From NCBI GenBank assembly GCA_016906335.1, contig JADEYG010000015.1, positions 434,001 to 498,000 of the forward strand: DNA of 64,000 nucleotides, written 5' to 3'. The translations under genes were made by a program, and so were the position numbers. This DNA comes from Novakomyces olei. Taxonomy: Eukaryota. The notes beneath the pieces were generated by a model. It made no database searches, had not been told where the DNA came from, and saw only the letters and a program-made list of their open reading frames with translations. Shown piece by piece: positions 52,567 through 64,000 of this stretch (its first letter is position 1; every line of letters starts with the position of its first letter).

Positions 52567-53328
52567 TCCCAAGTGTGCATCCTTATTAAACATTTCAATG
52601 GGCTACAATATATATATACATACAAAATCTGGCTTGACGCCTGTTGATGTACAATTTCGGCCGATTCGTTGGAAGAGGGTCTGCTCGGCTTGCAAGAAAA
52701 CGTTGTTATATTATTGTTTGTTATTTTTCGAGTACTCTCAAATAGTTGCCTTTGGTCGCTTATACGTTTGGCTTGCCATGTTTACAAAAAATTACAGCTC
52801 AGTCACGGCAGACCTTGGTTTATGATTGGTCATATGCAAGCAAATGTTGTCAGTGTATTTTATTTCGATACTATTAATTCGCTTTTTCATATGTAGGATA
52901 GCCGTCGAACAGCCGTCGGGTTATGGCGTACGAGACAGATACAGCTTCCACAATATTTAGTTTAACGTTCTTTAAACTGCCGTTTCAGTTTACAAATTAA
53001 ACGCTTCAAATAGCATACTTACACCTACTTTTACTGAGCTCTAGTACGCGGTAAAATAATAATATCCTAACCCATATATAATTTATATATAATAATATAT
53101 GATGATAAATTGATTAGTTTGATACCGACCACTGAACCCACCATTTCAGTGCTATTACTATACTTTTATACGTTTATCCTTCTAGCTATCCACTATCCAC
53201 TATTCACTTATACCTTATCCTTCTATCCTTCTATACTTTTATACTTTTATCCTTTCATACTCTATACGTTTATTATGAGTATTGTACCATTATAAGGCCG
53301 ATTCTATTATAGCGAGTGAGAGCATTCA

Positions 53329-55131
53329 ATGCTTCGCATACGACTGCCACGGCAGGCGCGTGTTTGCCAGCGCAATAATTGCAGTCGCTCACACATTTTC
53401 TCGGGTTTAAACGCCCGTCGGAGTCTGCACGCAGACTCAGCAAATCCGCCTCGGCAGCGTCAGACGGGACTGCGTTTGGCGCGAGCCTTAGGCTACACTA
53501 TCGTTGGCGGCGGCATAATATATTACGTAGACGGCGTATTCAATGCTCGAGCGCTACGTCGAACCCTGCGCACTGCGTATACTGCGTCACTGATTGCCTA
53601 TGACTTTAAGAGACATGTTCGGCCTAATTCAACGGCACAGGAGCTGGAAGATTTGCATGCACGAACAGCTGGGAGAATAATGCAACTAATTACACAAAAT
53701 GGCGGGCTCTACATAAAAATGGGACAAGCGCTGGCCATGCAGGCGGATATACTGCCCCGCGTTTATTCCCGAATGTTTGCCGCCCTCTTTGACGAAGCGC
53801 CAGCTGTTCCTTGGCCCGAGATTCGCACTGTCCTCGAGTCGGAATTAGGATGCGAGTGTGACCAAGTCTTTGAGAGTATTGAGCACACTGCCTCTGCCAG
53901 TGGCAGCATTGCACAAGTACACAAGGCGAGATTGGCACCGGCACGGGGACATGCTGCTGGTACTGGCGCCCTGGTGGCAGTTAAAATACAAAAGCCAGAG
54001 ATACAAAAGCAGGTTGCCTGGGACCTAGCTGCCTACACTTGCCTTATGTACGTTTATGACAAGTACTTGTTCCACATTCCCATATATTTTACTGTGGATT
54101 ACACAAAGCAGAGGCTTAAAAGTGAACTGGATTTCGTAAATGAAGCAGAAAACAGTCGGCGGCTTGCACACTTGCTGGCTACAGACAAAGCAGCCGCAAA
54201 GCTGCGAGACAAGATAGCGATCCCTCGAGTTTTTGACCATGCTTCCACCAGCAAAGTACTTACTGCCGAATGGGTAGACGGGGTAAAGTTTTACGATTTT
54301 GATGGGATTGAGAAGCTGCAAGTTTCACGCAAGGATTTGATGTCGACTGTGGTGCAATGCTTTGCACTGCAAATGTTTCGCTTTGGTTTACTGCACTGTG
54401 ATCCACACCCGGGAAATATTTTCGTACAGCGGGGGCCTCGTGGTGCGCGAATAGTATTGATCGACCATGGCTTGTACATTGAGGAAAGCGAAAAGTTTCG
54501 TGAAGAGTTTTGTGATTTATTTACCGCTATTTTCCAGCTAGATAATGCTCGAATTCGGGAGATTGCCGAAGCCTGGGGAGTAGGACACGCAGATGTACTG
54601 GCTTCCGCTGTCATGCTACGTCCGTATCGAATGCCGGGAGGCGATGGAAGCTTTGATAGCCATGACAGCGGCCAGACTGACAAAAAAGAGCGTCGGCAAT
54701 CGGCGCCGTCTTCCCAGTATGAAGCTCAGTTGAGGCTGAAAGAAAAGCTGAGAACTGCATTGAAAGACCAGGAGAAAGTACCTCGAGAATTGCTGTTTGT
54801 GGGACGTAATATGCGAATCACACAGAGCCATAATCAAAAGTTTGGTAGTCCGGTTAATCGTATTAGTATAATGGCCTCTATAGCTGCAGATGCTCAGAGA
54901 TCCCGGACTGATCTTACGTTGCGGGAACGACTACGCCTGTACTGGGCACATGCTCGTTTTCTATTCACCAAGTCAATGTTTGACCTTTCTTTCTATATTT
55001 GGCGAGTAGCCAGTAAAGTGCTGCCTTCCAATCGGAAGATTAATTTTGAAGATTTATTGGAACAAAATATGCAAGCGATGGCTAAGGAAAACTTTGGTAT
55101 AGAGATGCACTCGCATTTGTTCCAGGGCTAG
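53329..55131 (+). CDS. MCP2: Mitochondrial ABC1/UbiB atypical kinase (ADCK1/Mcp2-like)
   Basis: Basic presequence; GGLYIKMGQ, ASGSIAQVHKA, VAVKIQ, LHCDPHPGN, IDHG. Confidence 0.85.
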   Translation: MLRIRLPRQARVCQRNNCSRSHIFSGLNARRSLHADSANPPRQRQTGLRLARALGYTIVGGGIIYYVDGVFNARALRRTLRTAYTASLIAYDFKRHVRPNSTAQELEDLHARTAGRIMQLITQNGGLYIKMGQALAMQADILPRVYSRMFAALFDEAPAVPWPEIRTVLESELGCECDQVFESIEHTASASGSIAQVHKARLAPARGHAAGTGALVAVKIQKPEIQKQVAWDLAAYTCLMYVYDKYLFHIPIYFTVDYTKQRLKSELDFVNEAENSRRLAHLLATDKAAAKLRDKIAIPRVFDHASTSKVLTAEWVDGVKFYDFDGIEKLQVSRKDLMSTVVQCFALQMFRFGLLHCDPHPGNIFVQRGPRGARIVLIDHGLYIEESEKFREEFCDLFTAIFQLDNARIREIAEAWGVGHADVLASAVMLRPYRMPGGDGSFDSHDSGQTDKKERRQSAPSSQYEAQLRLKEKLRTALKDQEKVPRELLFVGRNMRITQSHNQKFGSPVNRISIMASIAADAQRSRTDLTLRERLRLYWAHARFLFTKSMFDLSFYIWRVASKVLPSNRKINFEDLLEQNMQAMAKENFGIEMHSHLFQG

Positions 55132-55697
55132 AATGTGTATATACTTTTACTGCATATATCATGAATTTATGATTATAATTTTCCATCTTTTCTTGATTTT
55201 CATACTTTTGGTCAAAGATTAAAGCGGCTGGCGTAGATAAAGCTATCGGATTCAAATGAATTTTATTAGAAGCCCATTGTTTTCTGGTTTGTTAATCATT
55301 AATAACATAGATTTAGTAGACCACAAATGCATTCTATCGTCAGGACCAATAGTCGTAAAATGCAATATGGATAAAATTAAATGTTTATTACCATTCTATA
55401 ATAAATTTTCTATACTAAATTTACTACTTACATCCTTTTATATGATAATTTCACTGATCATAATTTCACTATATTATATTGTATCATATTATATCTTACT
55501 ATTATGATAGACCATATCAAAGTTCTATTTCCAATCATTATCAGATCCACGACAATAATTTCTATTTGTCGCTACTGTATTTCGAATTTTGGCATACACA
55601 CCAAAAACTTGGATTCTCGCCACATAATAAAAGGCGAGCGAGAGCAGTCTAGTCTTGACTCTTTTTTTGCTCCTCACCGGCGCCCGGTGGCATCAGC

Positions 55698-58435
55698 ATG
55701 AAATTTGGCTCCAGGTACTCTCACTTGAGCGTTCCGGAATGGAGATATCATAATGTGAGTTAATTTCCATACTCTGCTGACTTTTTAGATTGACTACAAC
55801 TATTTGAAACAACTGATCAAACAACAAAGTACCAAAGTGCAGAATGGCGATACAGAGTCTTCTACACAGATTAAATCTGCCATACTTGAAGAGTGCGAAA
55901 AGGTATTTGTTTGAATATTTTGTTCTAATTGATTTGTTTCTTTTGCTAACGATTGATTAGACGGCACGCTTTATTAAAGCCAAGTATTCTGAAATATACG
56001 CAAGCCTGAGTAAGTCTTCGTAAACAGCGTGGTAAATATACTAAACATTGTATTAGACGATTTGCAGTCTACGCTGGAAGATGTGGGTCATTACGCTGCC
56101 ACTGATAATCTATCTGTACCTATGCTTGAGCGGAATCTAGGGTTGCGCGAGGATTTGCAAGAAATCACAGACGAATCAAGCCGGCTAATCCGTTATTCTT
56201 TAGCTAGTACTGAGGCATTGAGAAAAATCTTAAAGAAGCATGATAGGCATTTAAGCAAGAAAGTTTCTCAGATGATTATTCAGCATTTGCCGTACCATGG
56301 AAACTTTCGGACGCTGGTGGAAACAGAGAGTCTTATCCTAAAGCTGGCCATATTGTGGCGGCCCATACTGACCAGCTCTGCTGACACTGGCCCTTTCTCT
56401 TTACCTATAGGAGAAACATTGGCCACTTACAGGTCTGGCTCTAGCTCGGCAAACCAACAATCTCGAGAGCGATTGCTGATCTCTGATGCTTCTAAGGATT
56501 CGGGTAATACTCATGCAATTTGCTACTGGGTGCATCCAGACGATACGGATCAAGTCTTACTTTTATTATGCAAATTTGTACCAATGCAGACAGAATACAG
56601 CAACGTCGGCGATGCTGTTTTTTGCCCTGAGAAAACTGCAATAATGGACGATGCAAATCAGACAAATCTTAAAACAAGGTTAAAGTGGTACCGTGATCGA
56701 GGACCCAATAGTGTCCCGTGTGTTCCTGAATTGTCTGTTATTAATAGCGCTTTACCTAAAACTGTACGGAATACCGAAGCAGTGACACTAAAGCTCTCTT
56801 CTTCAAAAACTCCTCAGGCGGATATTTGGCTCCCGGTCTCGAGAGATGCAGTTCGCTATTTTTTCATTTTTGCGGCCTCGAGCAAAGAACATTCGGATGC
56901 AGAACTAATGAAGTTTTGTCCTTTAGACCCAGAGACGGATGGGGAGACGTGGCTACGTTTAGCTAGAACTGCTATTTCGATTATTGCCACGGAGTTTAAT
57001 CCAACTGATCTCACAATTGGTAATTTTCGCAACCCTATTTACATGAGCATACCTGTTATTTTCATTATTTTATTCTTTACTTTACTATAAGTGCAAGTTT
57101 TATTTCTGTCGAGTGCCTATCTTGTTACATATTCGCGTTGTGATTATTATCAATCGTTTATTTCAAAGTATCTCCTTATTCTTACTGTTAGCTCTTCGCA
57201 AATATTCAAATCGTGCATGCTTTGCCAATTTGCACGGAGACACTACTGTCGTAGCTACGGTGGATAAGGACGTCAGCTTTGGAAGAACTGCGTCTGGATC
57301 GAAGGAAAACGCCATGTCGACTTCTCAGTTTCCGTATACGATTGTTAGTGTGAACTGGTCGGGACCCAAAGAACCCAGTTGGCTCAATGAACTTAATGAT
57401 AACTTTCTGGTAAGGACTGCTGTCTCATCTCTCTAGATTCTTATTATTTTAAATGCCATTATCTTTACTTATGGGCTTGTTTTTGTCTTTTATGCTCCTT
57501 TGATACGTTTATGTCTAGAAAACGACATTTTTACGATAATCTCCAAGTCTTTACTAACTCTACAGCTCACAAAAGTCGTAGTTTTTTCGGTCTACGCTCA
57601 GGGAGCTTGCCAATTGAGCAGCATACTAGACCAGGTCCCCTGGAATCATTTATTGCAGGCCGGTGCAGTGAGAAAATCACAGCCGAAAAACTCATTACGA
57701 AAGCCAAGATCGTCTTTGCGTTTATCGTCTACGGATCGCCGTGATTCAGAACGAAGTTTGTTACAGGACGACTGGCAAACGAACCCGAATGCGCCCCGTT
57801 ATTATTCAGAGTATGATAATAACGAAGAAGGTAGCAATGATCCATTTATGCTCACAATTCCGGCAGAAGAAAGTTCAAGCGATGAAGGCGCGACTAAGCA
57901 TTCATTCGATGAACGGTCACCTCTTTTGCACAACAAAGAACGACGGAGAGTTAGGCAGTTCTTAAGTAGCAAGGGCAGATCTATAATGCAATGGTCCCAG
58001 GAAGTTGCTAGAGAGTCAATTATGATTGTGAATAGTGCTGTACTCGGTGACCCTGATTTAGAGCAACAAAGGCCTTTTGCAAATATTGACAATTTGGAGA
58101 ACGAATCTGGTTTGCATCATCAGGACGTTGAGGCTCAAGCAGAGATGCCGTCAAATGCGCCCGACGTTATCCCCATAAGAGGCTTCGTGAATGTACAATT
58201 AATTATAATAATAATCATGGTGATTTTTGGAGTCACATCACTGGAACTGCGGTTCGTTGCGTCTTTGGTTTGGTTTGCTATTGGCTCTTTAATTGCCTGC
58301 ACTTTGAGTATGGCCAATATTTATTATGCACACAAATCACGGATATCATACACGAGTCAAAGGGCAATGATTGCCTTTATGTATATATTGACAATCGCAC
58401 TCGTGGTACTTTTCTGGACGCTTTTGCTAATGTAA
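55698..58435 (+). CDS. VTC5: SPX-domain membrane protein, Vtc5-like, multi-exon
   Basis: MKFGSRYSHLSVPEWRYHN|IDYNYLKQLIK, EALRKILKKHDR, YWVHPDD, QFPYTIVSV, RYYSEYDN; three C-terminal TMs. Confidence 0.7.
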
Positions 58436-58902
58436 ATTGGGGGAAAGGCGGGGCAATTGGAAATAATGAATAGGTTTCAACGAAAAGCAATTTATAATGA
58501 GAAAAAATCGGTAGTTAATCGAATGTTTGAGTCGACAGATTCAGTTACATGTGTGAATACACTCTGTGAATCGATGGACCATAGACAGAGTAATTTGTTT
58601 AGGTCACATATTAATGGCCATACAAGCGCTAAGATCAGGGAACAAATTACCGTTCATACGGAAGCCAATTCGTCTAGTTTTATGCTGACTTTTAATCCTC
58701 AAATGTAGAAGATCCATCAGTCTTGTAAATAATAATTTAATTTTAATTTCGTTTTCATTTTCATTTTCATTTTCATTTCTATTTATTTTATATCTACTTT
58801 TAAATGATTTTTGATCTCAGTTTTAATTTTAATTATACTCATAATTCTACTGAAACGAGCCCAACATGCTAACGTTGCGTACGCGTCCAAATCAGCAATC
58901 TA

Positions 58903-59271
58903 TCAGCTTCTCAAGGCCGCTAAACAGGGCACAATTGTAACCCGAGAAGTATCCCATACACCCTTGACCGTATAAATGTCCCGTTCCAGCAAATCACGGA
59001 TATCTTGCTCCGAATCTGCGTTCAGAATAAAATAGCTGCCAGAGAATTGGGGCTTTTCGCCTTCCTTTGGGTGCTTATCTTTGAACGTCGGGCCGGCAAC
59101 GTTTATCGTACCATCTGCTACTAATACTTTAGCGCCCTCCAAATGCTGAGATCGAGCTGCCAATCGCTTTTCAATGACACTTTCATCGTTTCCGTCGCCA
59201 ATGTCGGGGACGATTACTGCAGATTAGTAAGGCAATGTGCCCTTTGCCATACCCAAATACGGTTTTGCCAT
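58903..59271 (-). CDS. YCII/YciI-family protein, 2 exons
   Basis: MAKPYL|VIVPD..KRLAARSQHLEG..AGP..GSYFILNADS..LERDIYTVKGVWD. Confidence 0.85.
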
Positions 59272-59444
59272 ATTGAACCCAAGTTGGACGAGTCTGTGAC
59301 TCTATTATTATACTGTGCGTGTCAATAAAAGAGTCGCTAGCCGATTTATCACTATTAACCCTAACCCTACAAATATAATAAATCAATCCTGGTATACAGA
59401 TTTTATATTTAATAATGTACACTACATACAGATTTCGATGCTGT

Positions 59445-60731
59445 CTACAGCTTTTCTAATCTATCTCTACGATAGGCTTCGTGTAGCGAAACACGCGGCG
59501 GTCCGCCACGACTGCCGTCAGAAGCGCTATTCTCATCAATTGCCGGCTTGTCCCATCGCCATTTATGTACTAGTTCGTGGGGTAAAGTTCCGTTTAGCCT
59601 TTTATACACGTATTCGCCCACGTTTGGAAGAAACTTGAAGGCGTGCCCATTGCCGGCAGTGGCCACGACCAGATTCTCATAATCCGGGTGCCGATCAATA
59701 ATAAAGTCACCATCACTTGTATCAGTATACGCACACAGCCGTGTCTTGCAAAAAGGACGCTGAGCCAGTTCCGGTCCATAAAATTGGCTTATTCCCTCAC
59801 GCAGGGCCTTTTCTGCCTCCTGAGGCAGAGGATGACCTTGCGCAGACAAGGCAAGTGGCTCGTCAACAACGTAGCCTTGTCCGTGTCGGGCACATTTAAG
59901 TATCCCCGTTTCATTCGGTGGGAAAACGTAAAACCCGGTTCCTAGATGAAGAATAACGGGAAAATTAGCGTAACGCTCACATTCGCTCGGGGTCAGCTGT
60001 ATCTGAGCTACCGGATGGCCTGCAGTGATGATCTGTTGGCAGGCATTTTGCTGCCTGGAAGCAGATGAAAAAGGGTTTGCGGACAAAAGTGATCGAGACC
60101 AGCCACCGGTGGCTAAGATTACATGGTCTGCGGCCACTGTATCGTCATTGGCCATTGCCAGTCCCGATATCCGGTTCCCTCCGTCCACTTTAAACGCGGT
60201 AACGGTCCCGGCTTTGCCCGCGACAAAAGAGACACCCAGCTCTGCACACTCGAGGCAAAAATGCCGTACTGCCGCTTCAGCGTTAGCCCAGCCCGCCATT
60301 GGGTTAATGTAACCCACAGCGGGCTTATCTAAACGTCCAGACGCGGTGGGATACAGGCTGCGAAAATCATCGGCATTGGCGATTCGCTTTACCTGCAATT
60401 TAAATTGCTCTTCAAGTACCTTTAGAGCCCCTGCAGAATACTCGTGCTCTGCAGTATCTGCGCACAAATAGAGCCCACAGCGATGAAACTCGCTGCTTTT
60501 TTCCCAATAACAATCAAAGGCCTCAAGTCCCAAGCGCGCATACGTCGGATCAGCATAGTCTGGTCGAATTATACGAGATATGTCGACAGAAGATCCATTG
60601 GGTACCGGCGGTGGGCATTTATCGAGAACAGTAATGTTGCTATAGCCATGTTTAGCCAAAGCATAGGCTGTAGAAATCCCAAAAATCCCCGCGCCCACAA
60701 TGACTATTCGGTCTGTGCTTTGTAGGCCCAT
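59445..60731 (-). CDS. FAD-dependent fructosyl-amine / pipecolate / sarcosine oxidase family
   Basis: IVGAGIFGISTA, SSVDISRIIRPDY, LKCARHG, RLCAYTDT, GNGHAFKFLP, DGSRGG. Confidence 0.9.
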   Translation of the reverse strand: MGLQSTDRIVIVGAGIFGISTAYALAKHGYSNITVLDKCPPPVPNGSSVDISRIIRPDYADPTYARLGLEAFDCYWEKSSEFHRCGLYLCADTAEHEYSAGALKVLEEQFKLQVKRIANADDFRSLYPTASGRLDKPAVGYINPMAGWANAEAAVRHFCLECAELGVSFVAGKAGTVTAFKVDGGNRISGLAMANDDTVAADHVILATGGWSRSLLSANPFSSASRQQNACQQIITAGHPVAQIQLTPSECERYANFPVILHLGTGFYVFPPNETGILKCARHGQGYVVDEPLALSAQGHPLPQEAEKALREGISQFYGPELAQRPFCKTRLCAYTDTSDGDFIIDRHPDYENLVVATAGNGHAFKFLPNVGEYVYKRLNGTLPHELVHKWRWDKPAIDENSASDGSRGGPPRVSLHEAYRRDRLEKL

Positions 60732-61155
60732 TGGCGGCAACCTTAAATTGCAGTCGAGCTATAAATTAACCATTGAGATGATGGGTCAGTTTTTTTTTAT
60801 AATAAATATACAACGATTTGTTCTGCGACATACATTGATAGACTGGTGTTTTATGTATAATTTTATAATAATTACTGAGATAGCGATAATACGTTCAAAA
60901 ATAATCGTTTAAGAGTAATCATTTCAGAATAATCGTTTCAAAATAAAAAGATAAATTTGAGGGGACAAATAGCAGCATCAAACAATCACTGTCGCAGGGC
61001 GAGTTGCGATAATGGACTTGCGTTGGCAATAAAATGTACGCATACGACAATTAAGTCTCTTGGTTTCGCAAAGTATGGGTCTGGCTACACGCTGAGACCG
61101 AATGGCCCAATTATTGTTTTATTCCCTCTGTTTCAAAGATTATTAAACTATGAAA

Positions 61156-61466
61156 GTGTGTAGACTAATCGCTTGAACGAACGACTCAACTGGGTGAGTC
61201 GCCAACACAAGGATCAGTCATGGAATTCTCGAGGTAATGAGGATCCAATGACATTTCTTTCCTCCCCTCACCAGAACCACTATATTGATTTAGAGCAATA
61301 AAGGGGCAGAATAGGGAGATATTTGTGTACCCACGTCGAGTAATATGAAAGACACGAGTAAAGGACAAGGTAATAGTTTCCCTTCAGTCAGAGACCATTC
61401 GCGCTACAATTGAAAGCACAAAAGTCTCAATTGATAGCACAAACGGCCTCTGGCTGCAAGGGCAAA
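61156..61466 (-). ncRNA. Structured H/ACA-like snoRNA (one long RNA or two in tandem)
   Basis: G-U-rich hairpins fold best on the minus strand; H boxes AAACTA (61379-61374) and AAAGAA (61260-61255); final hairpin followed by ACA at 61161-61159. Confidence 0.6.
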
Positions 61467-61866
61467 GTTAAAATGTGAATTTTTTCAGGTTCAGGTCGTT
61501 CGTTTACTTTAAACATTTATAATATATCGGAGGGCGATATCACGTATATGTATATTTTCAGATTTTCAGATAAATTATAGTCTTCCATACAATGATACAA
61601 TAATTTTCCGATGTACCAGCAAACATTTACCAGAAGGATACACATACAAATGATATGTAAATATACATAATAAATGTATTTTTATGATACGGAAAAAGTT
61701 ACGAGGCAAGTTGTGTGCCTCTCAAGGATACTTTAGAAAGGGAATGATAGACAACTTGGTCACACCGGAAGAATCAAGAAGAAATTTGGGTTGTGTAGTC
61801 TGTATAGTTCAAGCGCCCTTAATCTAGTTTATAGACTTGTCTATCTGTATCTGTAAAAAGCCTGAT

Positions 61867-63457
61867 CTAAAGCCACCACTTGCTCCATACAAGCCACGCC
61901 TCATCTGAAGCAGTAAATTCAAAGCTTATATCTAGAACCCTTTCGAATCCTTCCTTCTCCGCGGGGGCCTCGTACCGTTTATTGAAAGCGTAATAAGCAG
62001 TCATTGGCAAGACTTCACGAATACCTAAAGCGTTTTGCCCGCCAAACGCACGTACGAGATTGTTGTGGCGAGATAAGTCCATGGAGGCAGTAAAATGTAA
62101 GCATCTGATGGGGACATTAAATCTAGTGGCTAAAGAAGTCCAATGTCGTCGCGTCTCCCTGTCAGGATTGGTATTATCAACAACAACGGAATTGCCCTTT
62201 TCCAGCTCTTGTGTCGCTAACCTTAAGCAGCGATCACGGGTCTTCAATATATCTTGATTGACTCGCACATATCCAAGAGGAACAATATGGTCCACTGTAA
62301 AACTACTTTTCCCTGACGATGGAAATCCGACTGTTATAATGATCTCGATAGGCGCTTGCTTTTGAATTCTAACAGATGGCGCACGAGAAGAAGGGTCTGA
62401 TTTAGGCTTGTAGAGAGCAGGTACAAAATCGCCCCACGAAATTTTTTGATCTGGTGAATGCCCAAGAAAATATTCTTCGGGAGTGTGAAAACGAAGACCT
62501 ATGTTGGCTGCAAACTTCCGGTCAGAGCAAGCGAAATCATGGTGCCGACCTGCCGCATCACCCACACAAAAGGAGCACTCTTCATCTTGAATCTTTAGCA
62601 GGGCGACAACAGTTGGAAAATTATAGGGCTAAAGTATACTAGAAACTAATTGTTGAATCGAGAAAAATAAAATTAAATAGTTAAATAAGTTAAAGCCAAC
62701 ATCAAAGCATTCACTCAAATTTATTTAAAACAAGGAAGAACAACAGTAAAATATGGGCCAAAGACTAGCCGCGACTTACCAACGCTAAAATCTGGTCCAC
62801 AGTTGTCATGAAGAAATTTGACGTACTCGTCCCACATTCGAGTCCTCGGCTTTCGGTATTGATCGTCACTCGTAGCTGCATAGTACAAGCAAGGCACATC
62901 TAGCCGATCCAATATGACGCCGATCTTGCGCTGTAAAACCTGATATCGTTTACTCCCCGGCTTATTAGGCGCTCCACGTTGGTTACTGAATATTACAATA
63001 TCGTAGCCCGAGTCTGATAATTCCTTCAAGCGTAAGGGAACTTCTGGCCGCCACCATTCCCAATCGTCAGCAGTCACGGCAAACGTTTTACCAGATTGTG
63101 TTTTTATAATGGTTCCATCCTGCACGTCAGTAAAACTCTTGTTGTTTCAAATGTAAACCCTAACCATATCAAATGCTGCTATTTTCCGTTTGGTTTCAGA
63201 AAAGGAAGTTTGGTCGATTTTAAAGCTTGCCACCGAAAGGCGAGGGTCTGCGTGCCAACTGACTTTGGTTTTAGCTGGCTTGGCTTGAGCGTCATGATCT
63301 ACTTTATGGATACAATTAGCCTCGAATGCAAGGGTTTAGTCGTACATTGTTGAGTGTATGATGTAATTGCTCTTTGTGTTAGAAGTCGCCGCTTGTCCAA
63401 AGTCTGTGAAGTATCTTTTTTGCTAATAGCGCCGGATTCATCTCGCTGCCTCTTCAT
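61867..63457 (-). CDS. PNK1: Bifunctional polynucleotide kinase/3'-phosphatase, 4 exons
   Basis: AAFDM|DGT, IFSNQ, YRKPRT, VGDAAGR, SDRKFA, GFPSSGKS, VDNTNP. Confidence 0.93.
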
Positions 63458-63733
63458 AGCCGTCCCCACATCTCTAAAGTCTACTCTTCTATTGACGAAT
63501 TATATATACATTAATCTGTATAATCTGCTATTTCGCATCGATGACAGTTTGTCGTAATGTACAAAAATAATATATAAAGTATATTTAACAGTATTTATAT
63601 TTATATATATATATTCATATATTTATATATTTTTTTTATAAAGTATTTTATATTTTACACAGTAAATCATCCAAAGTGCCATACGAATGCGACTTCCAAA
63701 GCACTGACGACTGTGACTGGCATTAACTGTAAA

Positions 63734-64000
63734 ATGGTACAAAAAATCTCCATTTTTCATTGCTAACGCAGTCTAGTCGCGTTTAGAAATTTTATCGCCT
63801 GAAGGGTTACGCTGCGACGGACGGCGGTGGAACGAGCTACGTCGGTTTTCGAGTCGTATCTCTGTTCGGCCATCGGCGGACGGGTCAAGCTATCTGGAGC
63901 ACGGCAATTCTAAAGTTATATGCACCGTACATGGCCCACGTGAGCCTTCTAGGCGCGGGCAAATTTTACAAGACCGCGCTGCTATCGTGGCAAGCATATA
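63734..64000 (+). CDS. SKI6: Exosome RNase PH subunit Rrp41, 5' part only (runs off the window)
   Basis: ATG|intron 63737-63776|SRLEILSPEGLRCDGRRWNELR..ADGSSYLEHGNSKVICTVHGPRE. Confidence 0.9.

Overview
Gene-dense, intron-rich ascomycete nuclear DNA, probably a yeast-like, early-diverging lineage (short GT..CTAAY..AG introns, S. pombe-type Homol E/Homol D promoter on RPS23, CTG read as Leu). About 30 protein genes, mostly housekeeping: 2-hydroxyacid dehydrogenase, NCB2, MET6, steroid 5-alpha-reductase, MRPL19, TatD, AXL2, NIT2, PTC2, VPS4, VFA1, HLJ1, ATG15, NCL1, YVH1, CHL4, MPP10, TMEM14, RPS23, KpsF-like SIS protein, ABC1 kinase, VTC5-like, YCII, fructosyl-amine oxidase, PNK1 and RRP41 (truncated). 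Main observations not shown by the ORF track: (1) three box C/D snoRNAs (snR67-like, a dual-guide RNA, snR53-like), each in its own intron of an AUG-free leader that splices onto the mitochondrial ribosomal gene MRPL19; (2) a ~310-nt structured H/ACA-like RNA between the oxidase and PNK1 genes; (3) VPS4 head-to-head with its partner VFA1, which needs a 5-nt micro-exon; (4) a 2084-aa single-exon secreted orphan with a duplicated Cys-containing C-terminal domain; (5) large intronic (TTTA)n arrays. All family and rRNA-target assignments come from motif recognition and recalled reference sequences, not from database searches.
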